From an uncultured virus (IMG/VR IMGVR_UViG_3300042460_000692) (lineage: Duplodnaviria; Heunggongvirae; Uroviricota; Caudoviricetes), in IMG/VR virus record IMGVR_UViG_3300042460_000692, positions 1 through 64,000 of that record: a DNA stretch of 64,000 bases. The stretch is one strand, 5' to 3'. Numbering within the stretch: the stretch's first letter is position 1; every line of letters begins with the position of its first letter. The position numbers and the translations under genes were made by a program. The notes below the pieces were generated by a model. The model had not been told where the DNA came from. It ran no database searches and worked only from the letters and a program-made list of their open reading frames with translations. Below are positions 29,530-40,533 of the stretch, piece after piece.

Positions 29530-29592
29530 TAATGTTAAGACAAACTACCATTTAATGGTAAGCTAATACGTCACATTTAAAAAATATAAAAC

Positions 29593-32490
29593 ATGAAAGA
29601 AGTTATCTCTCAGGAAGTTATCGAAAACTTTCTAAATGGGGGAGACGATGAGAAATACATCGTAGGTGTCGAATATGACTATCCCTCCAACTCAATATCC
29701 AAAATTATTCAGGACCCAATAAAGGGTAAAATTGTTAAAACAGATTCGTTCGTACCATTTTTATGGGTCGGAGACTTATCTAATCTTAATTTTTATGGTA
29801 ACTCCAAATCAACTCAAAAACAAATGATGGGTAAGTACGGGATTATCATTGAAAAGTTAGAAACTCATGGTAATAGTCGTTTGGAGGGTGGTATGAAATT
29901 CTTAGTTAAAAGTATTAAGAGTTACACCGATTTAATCAATTTTTTTAAAACTGGTGGACTTGACCCATGGGGAGAAGAAGTAAGAAAACATTTTACCATT
30001 TTATCTCCTGTTGAACAATATCTTGTTCAAACAAGAAAACGATTGTTTAAGGGAATAGAAGATTATGGTGATGTTTATCGATTTGTATTTGATATTGAGA
30101 CCACGGGTTTAGATCCTGAAACTTGTAAAATCATTTTGATTGGGGTTAAGGATAATCGTGGTCTACAAGAAACAATTCCCGCATTTGGTGAAGATGGTGA
30201 AAAGAAATGTATTGAGAGATTTTTACAATATATTAAAGATTTAAAACCAACGATTGTTGCTGGTTATAACTCCGCTTTCTTTGACTGGCCGTTTATTTTA
30301 AAACGTGCACAAATTCTTGGTGTTGATATTAATGGGTTAACTCAAATATTCACAAGTACAGGAATGAAAGAAAAAAAGGGAATGTTAAAACTTGCAAATG
30401 AAATTGAGGATTACACTCAGCACGTTATTTGGGGTTTTAATATTATTGATATTGCACACTCTGTTCGTAGAGCTCAGGCGATTAACTCCGAAATTAAATC
30501 GTGGGGATTGAAATATATCACAACATATTTGGAGAAAGAAAAACCGAATCGTGTGTATGTTGAGGGTAATCAAATATCTAAAATTTATTTAGATAATGAA
30601 AGTTATTACGTAAACCCTAAGACAGGTGGTTACAAAAAGATTGGTGATACAGGTACCGATAGATTAATGGAGAGGTTCCCCGGTAAGTTTGAAATATGGC
30701 CAGGTAGAAAAATTGTAGAACAATATCTTGACGATGACTTGTATGAGACAATGGTTGTTGATGATTCATTTTCACAATCAACATTTTTACTTTCTAAATT
30801 AGTACCAACAACGTATGAAAGAATTGCCACAATGGGAACCGCCACATTATGGAAAATTATCATGTTGGCGTGGTCATATGAAAATAATTTAGCAATACCC
30901 GCTAAGGATGAGAAAAGACCATTTACTGGTGGATTATCACGTTTATTAAATGTGGGGTTTGCAAAGAATATTGTAAAGTTTGACTACTCATCACTATATC
31001 CATCAATTCAATTAGTATATGATGTGTTCCCTGATTGTGATGTTATGGGTGTGCAAAAATCAATGTTAAAATACTTTAGAAATATTCGTATCAAATATAA
31101 ACATCTTGCCGGTGAATTAAAAGATAGTGATCCCGTTGCTTCAGAAATGTATGATCGTAAACAATTACCGATTAAGATTTTTATTAACGCATATTTTGGT
31201 TCATTATCTGCACCACATGTATTCCCGTGGGGTGAAATGGATTCAGGTGAAACGATTACCTGTATTGGTCGTCAATGTCTTCGTATGATGATTATGTTCT
31301 ATATGCAGAAAGGTTATAAACCTCTTGTAATGGATACTGATGGTGTAAACTTTGAAACACCCGATAGTGCATTAGAAGCTGTGTATATTGGTAAGGGTCT
31401 TAATGAACTTGTTAAGGAAGGTAAAGAATATAAAGGTATTGAAGCTCACACTGCGGAATTTAATGATATTTTTATGAGAAATGAAATGGGTCTTGATATT
31501 GATTATACTGCACCTGCTTGTATTAATGTTTCACGTAAAAATTATATCATTAAGTTAATTAAGAAAGGTAAAGAGAAAATTAAATTAACGGGTAACACTA
31601 TTAAGTCTAAAAAATTACAAACATATGTTGTTGAGTTCTTAGATGAAGGTTTAAAGTATTTGTTAAATGGTGATGGTCATTCTTTTGTAGAACTATACTA
31701 CAATTATGTGGATAAGATTTATAATAAAGAAATTCCATTAGCTAAAATTGCAAACAAGGCTCGTGTTAAACAATCAGTTAGTGATTATAAAAAACACATT
31801 CAGAAAACTACAAAGTCTGGTTCACTAATGTCTAGACAAGCGCACATGGAATTAATTTTACAGAATGATTATCCCGCAGGTTTAGGTGATACAATTTTCT
31901 ATGTTAATAATGGAACTAAGAAATCATCGGGTGATGTACAGAAGGTAACTAAACCAACAAAGAAACAACAAGAAGAGTTTACCGCGAAACATGGATACCC
32001 AATGCCTGATGGTTATATTGAGGTGAGTTGTTATATGATTCCTGAAAAAGAAATTACAGATAATCCAAACTTATTAGGTGATTATAATGTTGCTCGTTAT
32101 TTAAACAATTTTAATAAACGTGTTGAACCTCTATTAGTTGCATTTAAACCTGAGATTAGAGAAGATATTTTAATTGAGGATCCAAAAGATAGACAATACT
32201 TTACAAGAAATCAATGTGAGTTAGTTAATGGTTATCCATTGAAGGAAAGTGGTCAAGATAAATTTGACGAGGTTATGACTCTTTCCGATAGTGAGGTTGT
32301 ATTTTGGAATAAGGTTGGTCGTGACCCATTCTTTATGTATGTTGAAAATAGTCTTGAACTTGTTGACCAATATTGGGTTGACCACAACAGAAAGGTTCTA
32401 CAATTACAAGCTGCAAGTACTGTAAGTAATGAAGACGAAATTATCGGTAACGATAATGGTGATTTAATTTTACACGTAACCGAAAGTTAA
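29593..32490 (+). CDS. polB: DNA polymerase, family B
   Basis: Exonuclease motifs FDIETTG, GYNSAFFD and YLDDD; polymerase motifs DYSSLYPS, KIFINAYFG and DTDG. Confidence 0.96.
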   Translation: MKEVISQEVIENFLNGGDDEKYIVGVEYDYPSNSISKIIQDPIKGKIVKTDSFVPFLWVGDLSNLNFYGNSKSTQKQMMGKYGIIIEKLETHGNSRLEGGMKFLVKSIKSYTDLINFFKTGGLDPWGEEVRKHFTILSPVEQYLVQTRKRLFKGIEDYGDVYRFVFDIETTGLDPETCKIILIGVKDNRGLQETIPAFGEDGEKKCIERFLQYIKDLKPTIVAGYNSAFFDWPFILKRAQILGVDINGLTQIFTSTGMKEKKGMLKLANEIEDYTQHVIWGFNIIDIAHSVRRAQAINSEIKSWGLKYITTYLEKEKPNRVYVEGNQISKIYLDNESYYVNPKTGGYKKIGDTGTDRLMERFPGKFEIWPGRKIVEQYLDDDLYETMVVDDSFSQSTFLLSKLVPTTYERIATMGTATLWKIIMLAWSYENNLAIPAKDEKRPFTGGLSRLLNVGFAKNIVKFDYSSLYPSIQLVYDVFPDCDVMGVQKSMLKYFRNIRIKYKHLAGELKDSDPVASEMYDRKQLPIKIFINAYFGSLSAPHVFPWGEMDSGETITCIGRQCLRMMIMFYMQKGYKPLVMDTDGVNFETPDSALEAVYIGKGLNELVKEGKEYKGIEAHTAEFNDIFMRNEMGLDIDYTAPACINVSRKNYIIKLIKKGKEKIKLTGNTIKSKKLQTYVVEFLDEGLKYLLNGDGHSFVELYYNYVDKIYNKEIPLAKIANKARVKQSVSDYKKHIQKTTKSGSLMSRQAHMELILQNDYPAGLGDTIFYVNNGTKKSSGDVQKVTKPTKKQQEEFTAKHGYPMPDGYIEVSCYMIPEKEITDNPNLLGDYNVARYLNNFNKRVEPLLVAFKPEIREDILIEDPKDRQYFTRNQCELVNGYPLKESGQDKFDEVMTLSDSEVVFWNKVGRDPFFMYVENSLELVDQYWVDHNRKVLQLQAASTVSNEDEIIGNDNGDLILHVTES

Positions 32491-33596
32491 ATGATATTGT
32501 ATGGAGACTGCATTGGTCTGAACTTAAGTGCTTTATTTAAATTTTCAGCCTCAGCACCTTTTCTCTCAAGAATTTTATCGGGACGGAGTCTTTCTAATCG
32601 AGCCATTAATTCTTCAACCAACTTTAATCTTTCATCTTTACCTTCGGTAAGTAAAGAACTATAATCTAATTTAACCGAACTATCTGGAACTTGTAAGTCT
32701 CCAGAAAATTTACTCCAAATTCTACCTAAACCTTCTTTAGAATAACCGATTAGATATTTTCTAATCCAATTCTGAGAAGGTTTATTTAATTTATCCCACG
32801 TTAATTCTTCAGTCATAACGTCTGAAGGTAACTTAATAACGTCTTTGTTTTTATCTAAACAAGTGTCTCTATCCATGGTATCATAGTACCAATACCAAAC
32901 TTGATAGTTATTTTTATAAACTGCACCAAAGTCAAATCTACCGCCAGGTACATTATAAAGATGAATATATTTTTTTCCATCAGGACCTGCAGTTATTCTG
33001 TATGTTAAGTCACCACCAATTAATCTATTTTTAAGACTTCTATCTTGCATTCTTAATAATAAATCAAACGCCGGCATCATAAAATATGAACCACCTGACG
33101 CACCCATTTGTGCAAAACCACCAAACCCGACACCACCTAATCCACCAAATCCAGCAGCAAACGGGTCAACAATTGTATCCGTCATTTCTGATCTTGTAAA
33201 CCATAATAGTTCATTTATTTCACGTCCAGCAGGTACTTCGTACATTTGTGTTCCACCTGTTAATGTTATGAAATCTTTCTTAAGTTCACTATCACCACCT
33301 GCCTGTAAACCCACAATTTTAGAATATGAGTGACTATATTGAGTTTCGTAATCTAAACTTCGAGTTGTAAAGGCGTTAGTTAAAGATTGTGTATCTACGT
33401 CTAATCCAGCCAATGCCGACCATTGAGATTCTATTAACCAATCAGATACATATTGTTCATATTCTGATAATGAAAGTTCAAGGAACGTGTCCATTTGTTC
33501 TTCAGTAAGCTCAATACCACGAACAGGCATACCTAATAGGTGAAATACCTGAGTATATAATTTGTCCTTTTCGGGTTGTGAAATAATAGTCGCCAT
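32487..33596 (-). CDS. Neck/head-tail adaptor protein (T4 gp13-like)
   Basis: LLGMPVRGIELTEEQMD N-terminus and WIRKY....KE.LG..WSKF C-terminal motif. Confidence 0.75.
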   Translation of the reverse strand: MATIISQPEKDKLYTQVFHLLGMPVRGIELTEEQMDTFLELSLSEYEQYVSDWLIESQWSALAGLDVDTQSLTNAFTTRSLDYETQYSHSYSKIVGLQAGGDSELKKDFITLTGGTQMYEVPAGREINELLWFTRSEMTDTIVDPFAAGFGGLGGVGFGGFAQMGASGGSYFMMPAFDLLLRMQDRSLKNRLIGGDLTYRITAGPDGKKYIHLYNVPGGRFDFGAVYKNNYQVWYWYYDTMDRDTCLDKNKDVIKLPSDVMTEELTWDKLNKPSQNWIRKYLIGYSKEGLGRIWSKFSGDLQVPDSSVKLDYSSLLTEGKDERLKLVEELMARLERLRPDKILERKGAEAENLNKALKFRPMQSPYNII

Positions 33597-33634
33597 ATTT
33601 TGTTTTATTCTTATAAATAGTTTATATTTAAGTT

Positions 33635-33841
33635 ATGAACGATAAATTAAACGAACTATTTAGAATTTGTGGTATTAATGATTTCATATTCACATACCAA
33701 AAAGAAGGTGATAAAAATTATATCGATTATTCGGTAGAACCCGAAAAAAAAATTGTGGTTAACCTTCCGAATGTGGAAGATAAAGAACTTAACGATTTAC
33801 TAACCTCAAAAATTGAGGAGTTAAAGGAGTTGTTTAAGTAA
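33635..33841 (+). CDS. Hypothetical protein
   Basis: 68 aa ORF fills the gap between divergent and convergent neighbours. Confidence 0.65.
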   Translation: MNDKLNELFRICGINDFIFTYQKEGDKNYIDYSVEPEKKIVVNLPNVEDKELNDLLTSKIEELKELFK

Positions 33842-35572
33842 GTCTTTACTAAAAGATTCTGAATATTCACCATCACCCATAACTTGGTCAATTACTCCTT
33901 TTTTCCTTTGTAGAATATTATAGATGATTTTTTCAACGGTGTTCTCAAATACGGGGTAATAAACAAGAACACTATTTTTTTGTCCATATCTATATGCTCG
34001 GTCTTCACCTTGTGAATGGTCGGCCGGTACAAATGATAAGTCGTTCATAATAACAACCTCAGCAGCTGTTAACGTAATACCAACTCCAGCCGCTTTAATG
34101 TTACCAATGAATACTTTTATTTTATCTTCATTTTGAAATCTATCAACATTTTCTTGTCGTTTATCTTTATTCATACGACCATCAAGAGTTACGGAGTTCT
34201 TTTTATATTTCTCATGTAACATATCTAATGACATTGTAAAATTAGTGAATACAATTACTTTCTTTCCTTGTTCTAAACACTTATCAATTAATTCACAAGT
34301 GTAAGGAATTTTTTCATATGCAATAAGTTGTCTAATCCTCATTAAACGATTTAATGTAACGGTGATTGTTTCATCATCTTTCTTATCATTACTAATACGT
34401 GTGAATTCTTCTAATTCCTCATCGTACATTTTACTTGTTAACTCAACAAAAACAGGAGTAACAATTTTTTCGGGTAAATCAAGAATGTCGGTTTTCATTC
34501 TACGAAGTACTATATTCTTAGTTCTTTCTCTTAACTCATCTAAATTACTTGCACCACTTGTATTCCACACTTTACGATTACCAACGTTGAATTGATATCC
34601 TTTACAATATCTACGAACATAAGATTGCCAATTTAATGTCAATGGGGATTCAACAATTTTTAATAAGTTAAAATAGTTAATAGGTCTTGATGTCATTGGT
34701 GTACCCGTTAGTAACCAAACTTTTGGGATTTGTTCAAGTACATCATTTAATAAACGAGTTCTATTTGCCGTTGCATTTGAAATATAATGTGCCTCATCTA
34801 CGATTGCCAAATCAAAACCGGCATTAACCAATAATTTATAGTCGTCACTATCTTCAGACTTATCTGTTGAGTGGTAATTTTTAATAATATCATAGTTTAT
34901 AATATAATAGTCAAATGTAGAACCCCATTTACGACCCTCAACAATTAACACTTTTCTGTTAGAATAGTTTTTAATTTCTCTATCCCAATTTATCTTTAAA
35001 GATGCGGGGCAAACAATAAGAACTTTCTTAGCTCCGCTTTCCATAGATGCAATAACCGCTGAGGTCGTTTTACCAAGACCCATATCATCGGCAAGTATAA
35101 ACTTATCGTTTGCTAATAACTTCTCAATGGCAACCTTCTGGTGTTCCATGGGAGGTCTTGTATCGTAATTACTATAATCAATAATTCGATTAAGTTTTTT
35201 CTCTTCTTGCATCACTGCGGCTTTCGGTAACCACATTGCAGATAATTGGTCATTATCTAATACTTTACCCCATATATGAAACGCTTTTTCAGAATCACAT
35301 AATAATTTTTCACACCATATTTTTTCAGGAGGTTTAGGTAATAACCTTTCTTCCATTATCTTTTCACCAAAAGAATTAACGATGTTAATATATTTTCTTG
35401 CTACCTTTGGGGACACATTATAATACTTTTGAACATATTCCGCCTGTGGACGGGTTAGTTTGAAGTTTTTTACCTCAACAAATTTTCTCTTCCAATCTAA
35501 TAATTGGTTGTTTGAACCTTCGTAGGTTAATAAAATGTTTCTTGCCTCTATTTCGGGAATCTTAGTTTCCAT
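33821..35572 (-). CDS. SNF2-family (SMARCAL1/HARP-like) helicase
   Basis: LADDMGLGKT, DEAH, LTGTP, GITLT and QGEDRAYRYGQ motifs; start placed at METKIP (35572). Confidence 0.92.
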   Translation of the reverse strand: METKIPEIEARNILLTYEGSNNQLLDWKRKFVEVKNFKLTRPQAEYVQKYYNVSPKVARKYINIVNSFGEKIMEERLLPKPPEKIWCEKLLCDSEKAFHIWGKVLDNDQLSAMWLPKAAVMQEEKKLNRIIDYSNYDTRPPMEHQKVAIEKLLANDKFILADDMGLGKTTSAVIASMESGAKKVLIVCPASLKINWDREIKNYSNRKVLIVEGRKWGSTFDYYIINYDIIKNYHSTDKSEDSDDYKLLVNAGFDLAIVDEAHYISNATANRTRLLNDVLEQIPKVWLLTGTPMTSRPINYFNLLKIVESPLTLNWQSYVRRYCKGYQFNVGNRKVWNTSGASNLDELRERTKNIVLRRMKTDILDLPEKIVTPVFVELTSKMYDEELEEFTRISNDKKDDETITVTLNRLMRIRQLIAYEKIPYTCELIDKCLEQGKKVIVFTNFTMSLDMLHEKYKKNSVTLDGRMNKDKRQENVDRFQNEDKIKVFIGNIKAAGVGITLTAAEVVIMNDLSFVPADHSQGEDRAYRYGQKNSVLVYYPVFENTVEKIIYNILQRKKGVIDQVMGDGEYSESFSKDLLKQLL

Positions 35573-35620
35573 ATTAAAATATAAGTAAATAGAATGTAAC
35601 ATTAAACTATTTATTAGGAT

Positions 35621-36133
35621 ATGGAAAATAAGTTACCTATTACCAGATTATCTAAATTCTTATCTCAAGATGATTTTGACCTCAATATTCAAATGGGTCA
35701 AGAATATCTTCACGGGGATTTAAATATGAAATTAGTTCTATATAGGGTAGATAGAGAAAAGACTCAAATTGATGACGTGTATGTTGAGGTTGGTATAGAC
35801 CAAACAAAATTCTTTCCACCTGTTGAATTTAATGCATTGGTTAAAATTGAGGAACCAAAAAATAGTTCATATAAAAATGGGACTTTGAGGCACCTTGAGC
35901 CGGGAAATATGATTTTATCTGTTTATATTAAACATTTAGAAGAAATGAAAATAGATATAAGATATGGTGATTATATTGGTTATCCCGAATCTGAATTAAA
36001 AGTTAGATTTTATCAAGTGGTAAATGATGGTAAAATAACTTCGGACAATAAACATAATATGTTTGGATTTAAACCATATTATAAATCAATAACTTGTTCA
36101 CCAGTACAAGATAGTCAATTTAGAGGAGTATAA
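35621..36133 (+). CDS. Putative neck/head-closure protein (gp14-like)
   Basis: LYRVD.....DDVY.E...K.F.PPVE...GDY pattern; late box upstream; next to the tail terminator gene. Confidence 0.6.
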   Translation: MENKLPITRLSKFLSQDDFDLNIQMGQEYLHGDLNMKLVLYRVDREKTQIDDVYVEVGIDQTKFFPPVEFNALVKIEEPKNSSYKNGTLRHLEPGNMILSVYIKHLEEMKIDIRYGDYIGYPESELKVRFYQVVNDGKITSDNKHNMFGFKPYYKSITCSPVQDSQFRGV

Positions 36134-36134
36134 A

Positions 36135-37370
36135 ATGGGAATACCTAAAAGAAAAAACAATATATCTGTTTACACAGAAAAAGAACTGACTGAAAGAAGA
36201 CAAGAATTGTTAGATAAAATTACTAAATCTGACACATATCTTCCCGACTCTATATTACATGATGATTTAGATAAAGGATTTTTAGATTACGTAACTAAAA
36301 ATTTTCAAATTGTGTCCGATGGTAATAAGATACCAATTATTGATAAAATATTAACAGTTCAAAGGTGGGGTGAATTTACACAAACGTGGACATTTACAAA
36401 CGACGACGGAAATATTGAATTACCATTTGTTGCAATTGTAAGAAAACCCGACGTTCAACCGGGAACAAATCCATCGGTTCAGAGAACAATACCCGATAGA
36501 CATCAATTTTACTACTCCTCCGTACCGACTTGGAACGGAACCACTATGGGTGCGGATATATATAAAATACCACAACCCGTACCTGTTGATATAACATATG
36601 ACGTTACGATTGTTTGTAATAAATTTAGAGATGTTAATAAATTTAGTAAAATAGTATTACAAAATTTTTCATCAAGACAAGATTATACTCAAGTTAAGGG
36701 ACATTACATTCCACTTATATTAGATAAAATTGAAGATAACACTCCCATGGATACGTTGGAGGGTAGGAGATTTTACATTCAAAACTACACATTTACTATG
36801 TTAGGTTTCCTTATTGATTCTGATGAATTTGAGGTAAAACCCGCAATTAATCGTTTCTTTTTAATGAATGAATTTGCAAAAGAGGGTGTAGGTAGGAAAA
36901 AATACGTTAGTAAGGTTATTGATATAACCGTGATGTCATTTACTGGAGACGGGATGCAAACTCAATTTAGTGTTGGTGAAAGTATTGGTACATTGTTTAG
37001 TGTTACAATTAATGGTCTATTACAAGAGAAAAACGCCGATTTTTTCCACATTTCATATACATCTAAAATATCATTTGTACAACCACCTTTTGAAGGTAGT
37101 ACTATAGTTATTTCGTACTATAAGGGTAGAAACAATGTTATTATAGATAATTATGGTAAATTAATACAAGTTACTACGGAGTATTTCCAATATGATGGTA
37201 GTACATTAACTTTTCACACATATAACAATATTAGTAGTATTGTCAGTTTAGATATAAATGGTCTACAAGAAGAGGAAGGTTCTGGATTTGATGTTTCAGG
37301 TTCACAAGATATTGTTTTATTAGGTACACCCGTTGTTGGTTCTAGAATTGGTGTGACTTACCTATATTAA
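36135..37370 (+). CDS. Tail terminator/completion protein (gp15-like) with two C-terminal beta repeats
   Basis: LPFVAI.R and PVPVDITYDV motifs; two ~65-aa INGLL/Q-E repeats; upstream of the sheath gene. Confidence 0.6.
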   Translation: MGIPKRKNNISVYTEKELTERRQELLDKITKSDTYLPDSILHDDLDKGFLDYVTKNFQIVSDGNKIPIIDKILTVQRWGEFTQTWTFTNDDGNIELPFVAIVRKPDVQPGTNPSVQRTIPDRHQFYYSSVPTWNGTTMGADIYKIPQPVPVDITYDVTIVCNKFRDVNKFSKIVLQNFSSRQDYTQVKGHYIPLILDKIEDNTPMDTLEGRRFYIQNYTFTMLGFLIDSDEFEVKPAINRFFLMNEFAKEGVGRKKYVSKVIDITVMSFTGDGMQTQFSVGESIGTLFSVTINGLLQEKNADFFHISYTSKISFVQPPFEGSTIVISYYKGRNNVIIDNYGKLIQVTTEYFQYDGSTLTFHTYNNISSIVSLDINGLQEEEGSGFDVSGSQDIVLLGTPVVGSRIGVTYLY

Positions 37371-37525
37371 TCGTCACCATAGATGTCCTTCTTTTTTGGT
37401 TTACAAACTTCGTCAATATATTTTTCTAAAACCTTATAAATTTTTAATCCGTTCTTTTCACAATGGTTTTTTAACATCTCGTGGTGTTTTTCACTAATTT
37501 TTACGTTTTTCTGTTTGTTTTCCAT
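37367..37525 (-). CDS. Small ribbon-helix-helix-like DNA-binding protein (not in ORF track)
   Basis: Translated by hand: MENKQKNVKISEKHHEMLKNHCEKNGLKIYKVLEKYIDEVCKPKKKDIYGDD (52 aa), beta-helix-G-helix pattern. Confidence 0.65.
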   Translation of the reverse strand: MENKQKNVKISEKHHEMLKNHCEKNGLKIYKVLEKYIDEVCKPKKKDIYGDD

Positions 37526-37607
37526 GATGAAAGATAATTTAAGATAGAAAAGGATAATTTACTATCTTTTTAAACAAAAGTACGGAAATCTTTGGTAAAA
37601 ACAAAGA

Positions 37608-37615
37608 TATTTATA
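37608..37615 (+). promoter_or_regulatory. TATTTATA putative late promoter box (sheath)
   Basis: Recurrent motif. Confidence 0.6.
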
Positions 37616-37652
37616 GAATAACTAATAAAAATAATTAACCAAACAACAATCG

Positions 37653-40511
37653 ATGGCAAATTCAAACAGAGTATTCGTTTCTCCGGGTGTGTACACATCT
37701 GAGAAGGATCTAACATTCGTAGCACAAAGTGTCGGGGTTACAACTTTAGGTTTAGTAGGTGAGGCTTTAAAAGGTCCTGCTTTCGAACCTATTTTAGTTG
37801 GGGACTTCGACGAATTCAAAACGTATTTCGGACCAACTTCACCTGAGAAAGACGGTGCAAATAACCCTAAATATGAGTTAGCTTATATGGCTAAATCATA
37901 CTTACAAGAGTCTAATCAACTATTCGTAACAAGAATACTTGGTAAAACAGGATATAAACCAGGAAAAACTTATAGTATTAAAACTTTAGGTGGTGTAACA
38001 GTGGATTTAGTGTCTACACCTACATCAACAACAGGAATAACATTATCAGCAACAACCGCAACTATTACAGGTTCAACAATTTATGGTGAACTTTCAGGTA
38101 AAACGGCAACCAATGGTTCATCTGTAACAACATACATAACAAGTAAAACAGGTAAGAGTGGTGCGGCGTATGCAAATAACGATTGGTTTGTTATTGGTAA
38201 TGTACCAACTTCAGATACCTCAAGTTTAACAGGTACAAAACTTTTATCACCAATCGGTGAAAATGCTAATAAAAATTGGTATAATGCGTTCTTTACTAAA
38301 ACAGGGTCAGCCGACTCAACAATTGATGGTGTTTACTCTTATCTTTTTGTTTATTCTACAAGTACATCTTCATTTGATGTAACAAGATTTAAATACAGCG
38401 CATCACTTAACACAGATTATAGTGATGTAATTGTTGCTTCTTTAAGATCAAGAGGTGAATATAACGCTTCACAAAGTTTAGTATTACAAGTAACAGGAAC
38501 AACAGCAGTAACATTAACCGATGTTGGTGGTGTTACAACTAACCCAATGGCAGAATTTGCTTTAAATGTTACAGGTATTACGGGAGGAATTAAAACATTC
38601 AATTGTTCATTAGATATTTCATCAACAAAATATATAAATAAAGTATTAGGTACTGAAGTTTTTGATAAAGTAAAAGAAGATTATCCATTATATGTTAATG
38701 AAATATATTCTAACTTATTATTATCAGCATTTAGAAATGGATACGTAAGAGGTTTAAGTTTAGATGTATCATCAAACGTTGAAAGTGATAATTTTGCACA
38801 ATCATGGGATACTCCATCATCACCTACAGTTGTTTCTGAAGTTCGTGGTGGTAATGTTGCAGATTTATTCTCAATATTAACAATATCTGATGGAGACGCA
38901 GCAAATATTGAAGTTAAGGTTACAATTCAAAATATTAATTTAGATACTGCCGAATTTGATATTATGGTTCGTGATTTTAACGATACTGATGAAAATCAAA
39001 TTATATTAGAGAAATTTACAAGATGTTCAATGAATACTGACCTTCCAGGTTATGTGGCAAGAAAAGTTGGTACCTCTGATGGTGAATATGAATTACGTTC
39101 AAAGTTTATCATGTTAAATATGGCCGATAATGCACCTACGGACGCTTTCCCTGCTGGATTCAAAGGATTTACATCCTTACTTGTTTCAAGTAACAAATTA
39201 GGTAGTGTTCTTTACAAAACAGAATTTTTTGATGGTGGTGACGTGGTTTACTACGAATCGGATGGTTCTCAAGTATTATCTAACGGAGATAAAGTAAAGA
39301 AAGTCTCTTTAGGTTTATCATCTCAAAATGGTTTTAAATTTGATAGTGACTTGTTTAAATATAAAGGAAATGCGGCGTCTTCAAGTACATTCGGTTTCCA
39401 CTTATCAACAAACGCATCATCAATAACAGGAACAACATACCAAACAACACCTTATGATTTAGAAGGTCAATCTGGTACCGACAATAAATTAACCAACATA
39501 AACTTCCGTAAATTTACATTAGCGGTTTGTGGTGGATTTGATGGTTGGGATATATACAGAGAGACAAGAACTCTTGGTGACCAATTTATTTATGGTAAAA
39601 CAACATATAATACAGCTAATACCGATAATGGTGGTGTGTTCAATACAACCATAGGAAACTCTGATTATTATGCTTATTTAGAAGGTATTCAAACTTACTC
39701 AAATCCTGAGGCAATTGATATTAACGTATTCGCTACTGCAGGTATTAACTTCTACGATCATTCATCTTTAACAAGTCAAGCAATAGATATTATCGAGAAT
39801 GAAAGAGCCGATTCACTTTATATCATATCATCACCAAATGTTGATGATGCGGCAACCGTTACAGGTTACCTTGACGATTTAGGAATTGACTCTAACTATT
39901 CTGCAACATATTGGCCTTGGATTCAAGTAAGAGATACAGATAACGCAACTCAACTTTACATTCCACCAACAGGTGAGGTGTTGAAGAACATCGCGTTAAC
40001 TGATAACGTATCTTATCCTTGGTTCGCAGTTGCGGGTTATTCAAGAGGTTTGGTAAATGCAATTAAAGCTAAAAAGAAGTTAACTCTTGATGAAAGAGAC
40101 GAACTTTACAAAAATAGAATTAATCCAATCGCAACGTTCTCTGATACTGGTACAATTATTTGGGGTAACAAAACGTTACAAGTTAGAGAATCTGCACTTG
40201 ATAGAATCAACGTAAGAAGATTGTTGTTAAGAGCAAGAAAGTTAATTTCAGCAGTTGCTGTTAGATTGTTGTTCGAACAAAACGACGAACAAGTAAGACA
40301 AGAGTTCTTAAGATTGGTAAACCCAATTTTAGAATCAATTAAGAAAGAAAGAGGTCTTTATGAATTTAAAGTAAGTGTTTCAAGTGATGTTGAAGACATC
40401 GACGCTAACACTTTGAGAGGTAAAATTTACGTTAAACCTACTCGTTCTCTTGAATTTATTGATTTGGAATTCGTAATTACTCCAACAGGAGCTTCATTCG
40501 AGAATATCTAA
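37653..40511 (+). CDS. Tail sheath protein
   Basis: FVSPGVYTSEKDLT N-terminus; YWPW, PWFAVAG..RG, RDELYKNRINPI, WGNKT, RINVRRL and KPTRSLEFI motifs. Confidence 0.96.
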   Translation: MANSNRVFVSPGVYTSEKDLTFVAQSVGVTTLGLVGEALKGPAFEPILVGDFDEFKTYFGPTSPEKDGANNPKYELAYMAKSYLQESNQLFVTRILGKTGYKPGKTYSIKTLGGVTVDLVSTPTSTTGITLSATTATITGSTIYGELSGKTATNGSSVTTYITSKTGKSGAAYANNDWFVIGNVPTSDTSSLTGTKLLSPIGENANKNWYNAFFTKTGSADSTIDGVYSYLFVYSTSTSSFDVTRFKYSASLNTDYSDVIVASLRSRGEYNASQSLVLQVTGTTAVTLTDVGGVTTNPMAEFALNVTGITGGIKTFNCSLDISSTKYINKVLGTEVFDKVKEDYPLYVNEIYSNLLLSAFRNGYVRGLSLDVSSNVESDNFAQSWDTPSSPTVVSEVRGGNVADLFSILTISDGDAANIEVKVTIQNINLDTAEFDIMVRDFNDTDENQIILEKFTRCSMNTDLPGYVARKVGTSDGEYELRSKFIMLNMADNAPTDAFPAGFKGFTSLLVSSNKLGSVLYKTEFFDGGDVVYYESDGSQVLSNGDKVKKVSLGLSSQNGFKFDSDLFKYKGNAASSSTFGFHLSTNASSITGTTYQTTPYDLEGQSGTDNKLTNINFRKFTLAVCGGFDGWDIYRETRTLGDQFIYGKTTYNTANTDNGGVFNTTIGNSDYYAYLEGIQTYSNPEAIDINVFATAGINFYDHSSLTSQAIDIIENERADSLYIISSPNVDDAATVTGYLDDLGIDSNYSATYWPWIQVRDTDNATQLYIPPTGEVLKNIALTDNVSYPWFAVAGYSRGLVNAIKAKKKLTLDERDELYKNRINPIATFSDTGTIIWGNKTLQVRESALDRINVRRLLLRARKLISAVAVRLLFEQNDEQVRQEFLRLVNPILESIKKERGLYEFKVSVSSDVEDIDANTLRGKIYVKPTRSLEFIDLEFVITPTGASFENI

Positions 40512-40533
40512 TCTAAAAGGAGGATATAAAAAT

